Part shown: positions 23,340 to 34,844 of the stretch, piece by piece | How the letters are laid out: every line of letters begins with the position of its first letter | Numbering within the stretch: the stretch's first letter is position 1 | Assembly: GCF_006345805.1 (NCBI RefSeq) | Contig: NC_042997.1 | Location: 86,180,001-86,244,000 of the forward strand | Origin: Octopus sinensis | Lineage: Eukaryota | Direction: 5' to 3' | DNA length: 64,000 bases | The notes under the pieces: generated by a model | The model's input: only the letters and a program-made list of their open reading frames with translations | Database searches by the model: none | What the model was told of the DNA's origin: nothing | Program-made: the position numbers and the translations under genes

Positions 23340-25966
23340 TTATTAATAGTTTCAAATTTTGGCACAGAGCCAGTGGTTTGTGAGGTGAGGGGGAAGTTTA
23401 TTACATCAACCACAGCACTTGACTGGTACTTATTTTATCGACCTCAAAATGATGAAAGGCAAAGCCAACCTCAGCAGAATTTGAATACAGAACATAAAAA
23501 CGGATGAAATGCAACTAAGCATTTTGTCTGGCATACTAACAGCTCTACTTGCTCACCATCTTAATAATAATAATAATCCTTTCTACTATAGACACAAGGC
23601 TTGAAATTTTGTAGGGAGAAGACAAGTCAATTCGATCACCCTAAGTGTTTCACTGGTACTTAATTTAGCAACCCCGAAAGGATGAAAAACAAAGACAACC
23701 TCAGCAGAATTTGAACTCAGAACATAAAACAGATGAAATGCAGCTAATCATTTTGTCTGGCATGCTAACAGTTCTGCTTGCTCACCGCCTTAATAATAAT
23801 AATAATAATATTTTGTAATTGGCAGAATCATTGGAGAATCAGGAAAAAATGCCTTGCAGTATTTATTTAAGATTTTTACATTTGTGTTGAAAGCCATCAA
23901 GGTCAACTTTGTCTTTTATCCTATCAATTTTGATAAAGTAGGTGTTAAGTATGAGGGTCAGTGTGATTGACTAACCCCACCTCCCCAAAATTTCAGGCCT
24001 TGTACATATAGTACAAGGAAGATTATTATTATTATTGTTGTTGTCATTATTAATATTGTGGTAGATTGGTCGAACTGTTGGAGCAACAGAAAAATACTTT
24101 GCCGTATTTATTCCAGATCTTTACATTCTCAGTTCAGATCCCATCATGGTCAACTTTGCTTTTACCTCCTTTTAGGGTTAATAAAATAAAGTACCAGTTG
24201 AGATCTTGTGTTAATTTAAGTGACTAACCGTCCACTTCTTAAAATTGTTAAATTCAAACTTAATCAGAAATTATTTAAGATGGCAAGCTTTCAGAATCAT
24301 AAGAACATGATACAAATGCTTTGCAGTAATTTGTTCTAGTACTTTATATTCTAGGTTCAAATCCTGCCAAGATCAACTTTGCTTTTTATCCCTCCAGGGC
24401 TGATTAAATAAAAGCACCAGCTACATACTAGAATCAACAATATTGACTAATCCCCTCCCTTTCAAAATTACTGATTTTGTGCTGAAATCAGAAGTCAAGG
24501 GCAGCAAGCTGGCAGACTTGTTAGAATGTTAGAAAAATGCTTTGCAATATTATATTCTGAACTCAAATCACACCAAGTCCATCTTTGCCTTTCATCTTTT
24601 CAGGATCAGTAAAATAAGTACCAGTCAAGTAGTCATGTCAACTAGCCCCTTCTCTCCAAAATTACCAGTCTAATATTATTATTATTTAGGTGGCAAGCTG
24701 GCAAAATTGTTATCATGCCATGCAAAATGCTTAGCAACATTTTGTCCATTGGAACATTCTAAGTTCAAATTCTATTGACTCTGACTTTGCCTTTCATCCT
24801 TTCGGGGTTGATACAATCAGTACCAGTTGAGTATTGGGGTTGATGTATTCAACTTGCCCATTCCCCAGATTGCTAGGCTTGGCAGAATTGTTAGCATGCT
24901 AGCCAAAATGCTTAGCGGTATTTCGTCTGCCACTACGCTCTGAGTTCAAATTCCACTGAGGTTGACTTTGCCTTTCATCCTTTCAGAGTCAATAAATTAA
25001 GTACCAATGAAACATTGGGGTCAATGTAATCAACTAGTCCCCTCCCTCCGAATTTCAGGCCTTGTGCCTTTAGTAGAAAGGTGAGCTGGCAGAATCATTA
25101 GCATGCTGGGCAAAATGCTTCATGGCATTTCATCTGTCTTTACATTCTGAGTTCAAATACTGCCAAAGAACTTTGTCTTTCATCCTTTCGGGGTAAATAT
25201 AATAAGTACCAGTTGAGTGCTGGGGTTAATGTAATCGACTATCCCTTTCCGCCAAATTTCAGGGCTTGTACCTATAGTAGAAAAGATGATTATTATCATC
25301 ATCATCATCATCATTATTATTATTATTATTGAGGTGGCAGCAAACAGGCACAATCTTTAGGGTGCTGGATGAAATGCTTAGTGGTATTTCATCCATTGCT
25401 ATGTTATGAGTTCAAATTCCACTTTGCCTTTCACCCTTTCGGGCTCAATAAATTAAGTACCAGTTATGCACTTGAGTTGAAATAATCAGCTAGCCCCCTC
25501 CCTCAAAATTTCAGACCTTGTTCCTGTAATAGAAAGGATTATTATATTATCATAATTAAGGCAGAAAACTGGCAGAATTGATTGCATGCTGGACAAAATG
25601 CTTAGCATCATTTCATCTGTCTTTATGTTCTGAATTCAAATGCTACTAAGAGTAACTTTGCCTTTCGCCCTTTCATGATCAATGAAATAAGTATCAACTG
25701 AGCACTGGAGTCAATATAATTAACTAACCACTTCCCCAAAATTTTCAGGCTTTGTGCCTAGCACACTGCACAAAATGCTTAGCAGTATTTCACCCATCAC
25801 TATATTCTGAGCTAAAATTCCACCAAGGTCAACTTTGCTTTTCATCCTTTTGAGGTTGATAAATTAAGTACCAGTGAAACACTGGGGTTGATGTAATTGA
25901 CTAGTCCTGTTACCCCAAATTTCAGGCCACTTGTGCCTAAAGCAAAAAGGATCATCACCATCATCA

Positions 25967-26024
<58 letters not shown>

Positions 26025-26370
26025 GATGGCAAGCTGGCAGAATCATCAGAGCATAAGAAATATGCCCTAGGATATTTCTTTGAGACCTTTATATTCTGAA
26101 TTGAAATCCTGCTAGTCAAATACTGGGGTCAATCAATCAAATAGACTAACCCCTTACTCAAAATCCTGAACTTTGTTCCCCTGTTAGAAACAGTTATTAT
26201 TATTGTTGCTGTTTTTGTTATAATTATTTTCCTTTTGTTATTTCTTCACAAGAAGTGAGTAGTTGGTTGGCAGAATTGGTAAACTGCAAGATACAAATCC
26301 CATAGAGTAGTGACTTTAATTTTCATCCCTAAAGAGTAGCATGAGATCAATAAAACAAGTACTTGTTAAA
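23340..26370. mobile_element. Array of about 14 Meta-domain SINE B2 copies (2 on minus, then 11-12 on plus)
   Basis: Repeated GCTGGCAGAAT...GAGTTCAAATTCC...ACTTTGCCTTTCATCCTTTCGGGG...AAGTACCAG...CTGGGGT units. Plus-strand starts are at about 23819, 24058, 24278, 24497, 24688, 24879, 25080, 25331, 25558, 25760, 26023 and 26265; minus copies are at about 23345-23560 and 23575-23790. Confidence 0.9.
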
Positions 26371-27726
26371 ACTTTTCTATATTTCCATTTTACATTTGTC
26401 TGTTCTTAGACAGTTCCAGTAACATATCAGTTTTTCTCTGAGGAGAGATTTCTGACCCCTTGCTGAACTTTTCTTCATCTCTAGAGAAAGAAATGGCTAT
26501 GAGTTGTCCCCAGCAAACCTCACAGTGCGGCTAATTCCAAGCAGGACAGAAGAATCAACCTCTGAACTTAACTGTTATTTTATTTATAACCCCAGAAGGA
26601 TAAAAAGTAAAATTGATTTCAATGGGATTTGAACTCAGAGCACAGAGATTTAGGCTAAATATTGCAAAACATTCTGCTCAATGCTCTAATGATTCTGTTA
26701 ATTTGCTGCCTGGTTAAGTACTGGAGCTGATTTAATTTATTTATTATACTCTGTCACCCTCAAAAAAAAAAAGAAAAGAGAAAACCTCATTCCTGTGTTA
26801 GAAATCACTATTTTGTCATGAGTATAAAAATAAAAGTCTTTCTATTAAAGTCATGTAACCTATTCACTGATCTTTGCCCCACAAGAGCAATGAACAGGTC
26901 ACGTTGTGTGAGAAAAGACTTTGATACTCATAACCAAATGATGAAAGAATGAAGAAGTAATTTATCATCATGAGAAAAAGAAGTAAAATAAGAAGAATCA
27001 ATTCATATGTTTAATTATTGACAAAAATGGCTCTTCCCAAATACAAGTTTTATGTTTGTTTTAACATAACCTATGTTATTTTGCTTCTGCTAAATTTGTT
27101 AGTCTGATCTGAAGGAGAAAGACAACATGAACAGCCATTTTTGCTGTCTTTGTAGTACATCTTTGCTTGAGGTTAACAAACTGCTAATGTTCAATTTGAA
27201 TTGTTGCAGCTTGGTGTGGTGGTGGTGGTGGTGGTTGGAGAGAGGAGAACATAAAACAGAGAGGTTGCATGTGTATTGTGTGTGTGTATGTTGTGTATGT
27301 CTGTATGTGTTGTCTGTGTGCATGTTGTGTGAGAGAGAGAGAGGAACAAGAAGAAAGAGAGACAACCAGACAGAGGTGGGAATTCAATTCTAAGGCAGAA
27401 AGATCAATCAAAATGTTTAGTGTGAGCTACTTGAGAAAGACACAGTAGATAATAATAATAGATGGAAAGAAAAAAATCATTTTTCAAATATATACCAAAA
27501 TTAAATATACTTCTATGCATCTCAAGATGAGACTTTATGACTGTTTCAATTCCCAGCGGCAGCTAGTTAATGGGTTTGAGAAAAAGCTTGAATGTAAAAC
27601 GTTATATAATCTACTTCTTCATTCCTTAAACATTTATTCAAATTTTGCAGGCCACAAATTATTCAGAACATTTCTATTAGTAAAAAGTTTTTACCATCTG
27701 ATCAATCATGCTTGAGTATACTATGC

Positions 27727-27764
27727 TATGCTGATGAGGTCTAATAGATAGAAATATGTCCATA
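27727..27764 (+). ncRNA. Degenerate minimal type I hammerhead ribozyme motif
   Basis: TATG-CTGATGA-GGTCTAATAGATA-GAAA-TATGTC^-CATA: helix I is TATG/CATA, the core boxes CUGAUGA and GAAA are intact, and the cleavage triplet is GUC; helices II and III carry substitutions. Confidence 0.55.
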
Positions 27765-28301
27765 TTTACCTATTAAAATCAGAATTTCCTTCCCTTAAAC
27801 ATGTAAATTGAATCTGAGGGAATAATTTCTAACTTCTTGAAATTATCCCTGCTTCTCTTTAACAGAGATTAATAATTACCATTAGGCTTTTGTTTGCTTT
27901 CTCTAAGAAGAAAATTTCAATCAATTAAGGATCAATGCACTATAACTTTAATCATCCATACATTTATAGCTTTGTGCTAATGATGAAAATTAAAATTTGC
28001 AGTCTGTTCAATTCCATCTTCTGTTGGTTATTTTTCAAGGGCTGGTCCAAATGAGAAGGGGCAGTAACCATAACTTTACAGGGTATTGTATGTAGACTGG
28101 TGAGATTGATATGATGGATGCTCAGCTGGAATTTCTGTAAGTCAGTGCCTGTCAAAAACCTAGGGTTTGGTGACTAGAGTTGAGGACTCTTACCCAGGGT
28201 ATTGTGCTGTGCGACTGAACTTGAAACTGTACGTTTTGGAAGTGAACATCTTAACAGCCATGCAAGCACCTCAGTGGCCATGTGTAAATGTGTTCTTTGT
28301 T

Positions 28302-28333
<32 letters not shown>

Positions 28334-28927
28334 TGTGTATATACAGTTTTGTATTCTTTTACTTGTTTTAGTAGTCATTTGACTGTGTCTATGCTGGGTC
28401 ACCAACTTGAAGGATTTTAGTTGAACAAATTAACCCCAAGGCTTTCTTTTAAGCCTGGTACTTATTCTATCAATCTCTTTTGCTGAACCACTAAATTACA
28501 GGAATGTAAACACACCAACACCATTTCTCAAGCAGTGGTGGGGGACAGACACACACAGATGCATATAAACAGAAAGTCTCTAACTTTTTAAACTTCTTAA
28601 TAATTCATCTGCATCCTTTCAAGAAATATGTTAACCTCTGTTGTATTAGCTCATAAAGCCCTGATGAGATTCTGCTCCACATAGTTGGAAATAATGACCA
28701 ATTCTTTACATTTGACCCAAATTTGGGTTTTGAGAATACCCAAATGCTTAGAATTACAAATCACCTAGGGACATGAATCAAAAGATATATGTAGGTCATT
28801 GGCATCTGCCATTATTTTTATTGAACTTTATAATTTATTTGTATTGATTTTGTAAAAAACTTTCAGTCTCATAATATCATAGAAATAAATTAATTATAGA
28901 TCCATAATTTTTCATTTTCTTTCTTTC

Positions 28928-28928
<1 letters not shown>

Positions 28929-29009
<81 letters not shown>

Positions 29010-29015
29010 TATATA
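28929..29015. repeat. (TA)n microsatellite
   Basis: Directly visible in the sequence. Confidence 0.95.
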
Positions 29016-29150
29016 GAGGGTACTATTATTCATAGGTACCGCACGCTAGGAGGGACTCTTGCAGTCAAAACTACTAAAATAAACAAATTGTACCGAATGC
29101 AAAACTTCAAAGCAAGTCATTTAAAAACAGAATTTAGTTACATATATATA

Positions 29151-29183
<33 letters not shown>

Positions 29184-29193
29184 AACATGTATC

Positions 29194-29287
29194 GATTGAA
29201 ACAGTTTGATTCGAATCCGTTGGTACTCTTGGGTTTCAAGTGCCTTGAAACTCAAGATCACCAAGTTTGAATCAAACTGTTTCGATC
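29194..29287 (+). repeat. 94-nt fold-back inverted repeat
   Basis: GATTGAAACAGTTTGATTCGAA..TTGGT..TCTTGGGTTTCAAG-TGC-CTTGAAACTCAAGA..ACCAA.TTTGAATCAAACTGTTTCGATC. Confidence 0.9.
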
Positions 29288-29546
29288 CCCACCTGTAACT
29301 CCCAATAAATTGGTTGAGTGCCCGTCTTTCATTTGCCCACTCACTGGTACGTATGTATGTTTATATACATATATATATATATATATGATGGGCTTCTATC
29401 AGTTTCCATCTACCAAATCTACTCACAAGGCTTCAATTGACCTGAGGCTATAGTAGAAGTCACTTGCCCATGGTGTGACACTGTGGGACTGAACCCACAA
29501 CCATGTGGTTGGAAAGCAAGCTTCTAACTACACAGTCATGCCAGCA

Positions 29547-29590
<44 letters not shown>

Positions 29591-30178
29591 AAACATGCAC
29601 ACATATACAAGCACATACTTTTTATTTCTGAGATACAAGACCTCAGATTCTCAAATTTTGTGCACAATTGATTACATGGGTGAAATTTGAGTAGACTAAG
29701 CAACATAACTAGATACCACATGGCATTTCGCCTGACATTGTGTTGATTCGACACATCTGCCCTCCTCATACTTACTTATACAATATGGAGTAAACGAGAT
29801 AACCATATGTCCATTTAATTCATTTAGTATTGATTTTTGACAAAAACTTTTTCCTTCATACAAAATAAAGTTTCTAAAATAAGGCCAATAATTTTAAGCC
29901 TTTTACATTTGCTGAAATATCTCAACAGACAATATATATAACTATGTACATATACGTGTGTGTGAGAGAGAGAGAGAAAGAGAGAGAGACTTTGTACATA
30001 TATTCATGAAGTTTAACACATCCCCGTGAAGTCTGTATACATCACAAGAAAATTCAATAAATAGTTGACTTAGAAAATTTAGTGTAATGACTATATGTCT
30101 CAGATGATAAATATGCTGCAGAAATAAACATGAAGTAAGTCACACAATACAAATATGCGATTATTTATATATAATTAG

Positions 30179-30232
30179 GCTGTAGACTGTACAGTTTCGT
30201 GATATCCCTATGGGATGTCTGTCATCACTAGC
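30179..30232 (-). ncRNA. Degenerate type I hammerhead ribozyme motif
   Basis: Minus strand: GCTA-GTGATGA-CAGACATCCC-ATA-GGGATATCAC-GAAAC-TGTACA-GTC^-TACAGC. Helix II is GACATCCC/GGGATATC and helix III is the palindrome ACTGTACAGT; the first core C is changed to G and helix I is eroded. Confidence 0.6.
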
Positions 30233-30466
30233 TTTTGATGGAGAAATTATTGTAGTGAGCCAGTGAGAGTCACAACGCTGTTATAAAGAAGAAACAATGG
30301 TATCCAGGAACTATCTTTCAGAATGTAATTACTAATCAAACTAATAGAGTTGAACAAGAAATTGTTTTTGAGTATCATATATTTTCCAAGGTTTTGATAC
30401 CTGGAGAGAAATCGACTGTGTTATAAATAAATAGATGCATGGCATATACATATAGGACTTTATGCA

Positions 30467-30830
30467 TAGGTGCAGCTGTAGTAAGTAGCTTGCTTCCCAA
30501 CCACATGGTTCCAAGTTCAGTCCCACTATGTGGCACCTGGGACAAGTGTCTTCTACTATAGCTTTGGGACAACCAAAAGCCTTGTGAGTGGATTTGGTAT
30601 ATGGAAACTGAAAGAAGCCCATCGTATATATGTGTGTGTTTGTTCCCCCACTATCTCTTGACAACTGATGTTGGTGTGTTTATGTCCCAATAACTTAGCA
30701 ATTCAGCAAAAGAGATCGATAGAATAAGTACTAGGCTTACAAAGAATAAGTCCTAGGGTTGATTTCTTCGGCTAAAGGCAGTGCTTCAGCATGGCCCCAG
30801 TCAAGTGACTGAAACAAAAGAATAAAAATA
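30467..30830 (+). mobile_element. Full-length tRNA-derived SINE family A (CORE-like centre)
   Basis: tRNA-like head with B box AAGTTCAGTCCC, GGCACCTGGGACAAGTGTCTTCTAC (CCTTGGGCAAG-like) core, an internal (TA/TG)n tract and the tail GACTGAAACAAAAGAATAAAA. Confidence 0.9.
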
Positions 30831-31160
30831 CATTCATGGTGTGTAATCTATCCTCATAAAGTTTGCCAAAATTTGAACACAGTTTATCGAACTGTGACTC
30901 ACTAAGCCACAAACTGTTTGGTTAAAACAGTGTTCATAAGCTTCAACTTGTTAGGCCCTATTGGAAGGTATTTAAAGGAAAAAATTTTATCATTTCACTA
31001 CAGTTGTCAGCTGCAAAGTGCATTAGCTGTTTGTTAATGGTACTACATAAATATTTACTAGAAGATTATTATGACACATGAAAGTACTTGTAATATTGTA
31101 AAATGATAAAAATACTAAAAATAAAATATGAAAATTATTGCATGTTAGAATTTGTTTGAC

Positions 31161-31163
<3 letters not shown>

Positions 31164-31242
<79 letters not shown>
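31164..31242. repeat. (CA)n(TA)n microsatellite
   Basis: Directly visible in the sequence. Confidence 0.95.
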
Positions 31243-31243
<1 letters not shown>

Positions 31244-31528
31244 TGACTGAATGATTAAGAAATTTGCAAAGCAAATTTCTTAATCATCCTTCCTAGGTTG
31301 ATAAAAGATCCTATCAGTCATGTAATGAGATTGTTAAAACCTTTGCTGTGTGTGTCAAAATCACAGCAAGATCAACTTTATCTTTCAGGGTTGATAAAAA
31401 AAAAAGTACTTATCCAGAGCAGTGGATAGACAGAACTGAAAAACATTGAATGAGATGCCTTGAGGTATCCTGTACAAGATCACTATATTCTGCCAACAAT
31501 GCCCACAACATTCTGGTGTCAGACTATA

Positions 31529-31751
31529 TGAGGGGGTGCTGAAAATTTCCTGATTTTGGGTAAAAGAAAATACAGGAAGATCAATTGATTATGATTTTAT
31601 TCAACATATTCCCCTTCTCAGCACACACTTATTGCAGTGGTCCGTCAGTTTTTCTAAGCCCTATAAAAGAACTCGAAAGGTTGAGCTTCCAACCAAGCCT
31701 TTTGTGAACTCCTTAAAGCCAAGAACTTTTCAGCACCCCACCCCCACCCCA
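31529..31751 (-). mobile_element. Mariner-derived MITE retaining the transposase C-terminus
   Basis: TA|TGAGGGGGTGCTGAAAATTTCCTGATTTT ... AAAGCCAAGAACTTTTCAGCACCCC...CA|TA. The internal minus strand reads GLEKLTDHCNKCV/..GEYVE*, the typical mariner ending G..KL..RW.KCV...GEYVE. Confidence 0.85.
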
Positions 31752-31760
31752 TATAGGCCT

Positions 31761-31850
31761 CCTTTAAGAAAAGCCTTTCCTTTAGACAAAATGTGTCACA
31801 TGCAGAGACACGTGACACATTTTGTCAAAAGGAGAGGCTTTTCTTAAAGG
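31761..31850. repeat. 42-bp-arm inverted repeat with a 6-nt loop
   Basis: CCTTTAAGAAAAGCCTTTCCTTTAGACAAAATGTGTCACATG-CAGAGA-CACGTGACACATTTTGTCAAAAGGAGAGGCTTTTCTTAAAGG, with 3 non-Watson-Crick positions. Confidence 0.95.
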
Positions 31851-32551
31851 TTTTTCTTCTTTTACTTGTGACCTGTTAAAAGGCAACCATGCCAGTGACA
31901 CATAAAAGGTACCCATTCTGGTGACACACAAAAACACCCAGCCATAATAACCAAGTCAAAACAGATGGCTGGAACCTGATGCAGCTGTCCAGTATACCAA
32001 TCCCAGTTAATCTAACTCATGCCAGCATATAAAACAGACTTTAAGTGATGAGGATGTCATATATATGTATATGTATGATTAACCCTGACTGATAGCAGAT
32101 CTACAACGTAAATTTTATCCTTTCATCAGGAGAGGTGGAGGGTCAGTGTGGAGTAACAGCATCAGTACATTGTCAGATGAAGCAACTTGCAGTATTTAGT
32201 TGCATATGTTCCAAGTTCAAATCCCACTGAATTTGACTTTACCTTTCATTTTTATCACTAAGTGGATAGAAATTAATGAAATAAATACCAGTAAAATATT
32301 GGGGGATCAATATAATCAACAACCCTCCTTCTCTTAAAGATTTGTGACCTTGTGCCTTTCTAAGAAATCAATATTGTTGTTGTAGCCGTAGTGTTTTTTT
32401 TTTTGTTTTTTTATTTTTATTTTTTTTTTTTTTCTTGTTATTGATGCTTGAGTTCCCTCACTGCTAGATCAGTCTGGTTCTATTTCAAGCTCAAGCAGCT
32501 TAATATGCAAAAGTATCCATCCATGCAAACTGTAAAAATCTTTAGAGACAG

Positions 32552-32890
32552 GTGTACATGTGTGTGTGTGTGAGTGAGAGAGAGACAGAAAGAGAGAGCA
32601 TGTGTTACACATGTATGTGTGTGCACATTTGTGAATGTACATGCATATGTCTGTGAGCATGAGTTTGTATGTCTGTGTGTGAGCATGTGTTTTATGCATG
32701 TATATGTATGTGTAAGAATGAATGTGTATGTGTATGTGCACTTTTTATTTGCATATATGTTACTGTATGTATTTTTATGTTCTTTTTCGGCTGTGTGTAT
32801 GTTGTTTCTGTACAAAAGTGTGTAGGGTTGTTGCGAAAAAATGGAAATGGAAAACATTTGGTTGATTGGTTGCATGTGTGTTAGTATTTA

Positions 32891-32925
<35 letters not shown>

Positions 32926-33085
32926 ATGAGACAGACAGACAAATAGAGAGACAGACTGCACATGTGTTTTTTATGCATAGTTTTCTATATTTATGCATTT
33001 GTTTATGCATATTTATATCTTAGCATAGGCATTTATTCATAGGGATTTGTATGTGCATGCATTTTTGCTTTATACGTGTCTGTAA

Positions 33086-33134
<49 letters not shown>

Positions 33135-33240
33135 TGTGTGTTTGCGTTTCTATACATGTGTATTTGTACATGTGTGTTTCTGCATCTATTTGCATGTATA
33201 TGTTGTTTAAGAAATGAGAATAAAGATGGTTGGTTGGTCA

Positions 33241-33300
<60 letters not shown>

Positions 33301-33570
33301 TGTGAGTATGAGTGGGTCTGCATATATTTTGTGTGTATTGATGAAATGAAATGCGAATAAATAGCCTTCTTTGATTGTGTGTGTGTGTGCACATGTGTCA
33401 GTGGTGGTAGTCATGCTTCTGATTGCAATGACTGAAGCAGCAGTGATTACCATGATGGGAACGGTGGTGATGGTGATTGTAATCATAATTTTGGTGCTGA
33501 TTGTGATTGTGATGATTATGGTATTTATGATGCTGGTTTTTGCAGTGGTTATATATGAGATGGTCATATA
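32552..33570. repeat. About 1 kb of (TG)n-rich degenerate microsatellite followed by a (GAT/GGT)-rich tract
   Basis: Directly visible in the sequence. Confidence 0.9.
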
Positions 33571-33934
33571 ATAAACAAAACAAACTGTAGCTTGTCTAAA
33601 AGAAGCAAATTTCTCAAGAATGTTAACTTTCCCCCTTATAAATATAGCTGTCATAATCATTCACGCAAATATTCTCAAAATGATATTTTTCTAGAAAAAC
33701 TAACAATAAATTTATAACAGTTGTTGGTATCTATCATTATCTTTGTACAGGAGGGTGATAAAAAAGAATTGCTATGAAACACTCATGAACAATTGTCACT
33801 TTTAAAGTGAATTATATGAAGGTGATTAAATAATGCAAATTCCATTTCGAGAGTGTCTTTTCATACAGTGCTTCTAGTAAAGGTCATCATAGCATGGTCC
33901 CTTTTCTTGTCTAAACTATACTCATAGTTATGGA

Positions 33935-34410
33935 AGGATTGCAACTATGTGGTTTGGAGTTCAGTCCCACTCTGTGAATTTGTTTGACGGGAAATCTGTC
34001 ATGTATGTGTGTGTTGTGTTTTGTCCCTCTACTGCTTGACAACTTGTATTAATTTTTTTATGCCTATGTAATGAAATAGTTTGGCAAAAGAAAGCAACAG
34101 AACAGAGTAGCATACTTAATATAAGTAATGGAATTATGCCAGGCAAAATGCTTAGCAGTATTTCATCCATCTTTACATTCTGGGTTCAAATTCCACCAGG
34201 GTTGACTTTGCCTTCCATCCCTTCAAGGTCGATAAAATAAGTACCAGTTGAGCACTGGGGGTCAATGTAATCAACTTACTCCCTCCTCCAAAATTGCTGG
34301 CCTTATGCCAAAATTTGAAACCAAAATACTGGAGTTGATTTATCCAGATAACCTTACACAGCAGTGCTCCAGCAAGGCCACAGCCCAATGACTAAAGCAA
34401 ATAAAATAGT
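33935..34410 (+). mobile_element. SINE A interrupted by a SINE B2 copy
   Basis: Family A sequence runs to about 34120, B2 occupies about 34125-34325, and the family A tail resumes at about 34325. Confidence 0.7.
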
Positions 34411-34419
34411 GTGTGTGTG

Positions 34420-34535
34420 TATTGAAATTTATAGAAAAACAAAAGACGAAGACAGGTGTATGAACAACAAGCAAGTGTATTAGTTTGACACTTGGTAAAA
34501 TGAAAAAGTATTTTACGTTTCAAGCCTACACTCTA
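34420..34535 (-). mobile_element. Penelope-like element terminal fragment with a variant hammerhead stem (GAGYRTAGGCTYGAAAYGT)
   Basis: Minus strand GAGTGTAGGCTTGAAACGTAAAATACTTTTTCA...CTAATACACTTGCTTGTTGT, homologous to 46385-46482 and embedded in a microsatellite. Confidence 0.5.
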
Positions 34536-34539
34536 TGTG

Positions 34540-34573
<34 letters not shown>

Positions 34574-34844
34574 CACACACACACATATGCACTCACACAA
34601 ACACACATAAGTACATATATGAGTTATCTGTATATGAGTGTATCTGCATTTCATTCAGAATCTACAAAGCAAGCACCGACAAAACTATATATATATATAT
34701 ATATATTGATATGAGTTATCTTACACCAAAAGCTTGCTTAGCATTTAATTTCATAGATAGCAGCAATGATTTGAATTCAATTCTTGTAATCCTTGAAAAG
34801 TGTAAATACCTCATCTGTCTCTTCTGGAATCTTACCATCTCATA

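Noticed and set aside
28655-28700. CTGATGAG...GAAA hammerhead-like words
   Set aside because: There is no convincing helix I or III and no NUH cleavage triplet in place.
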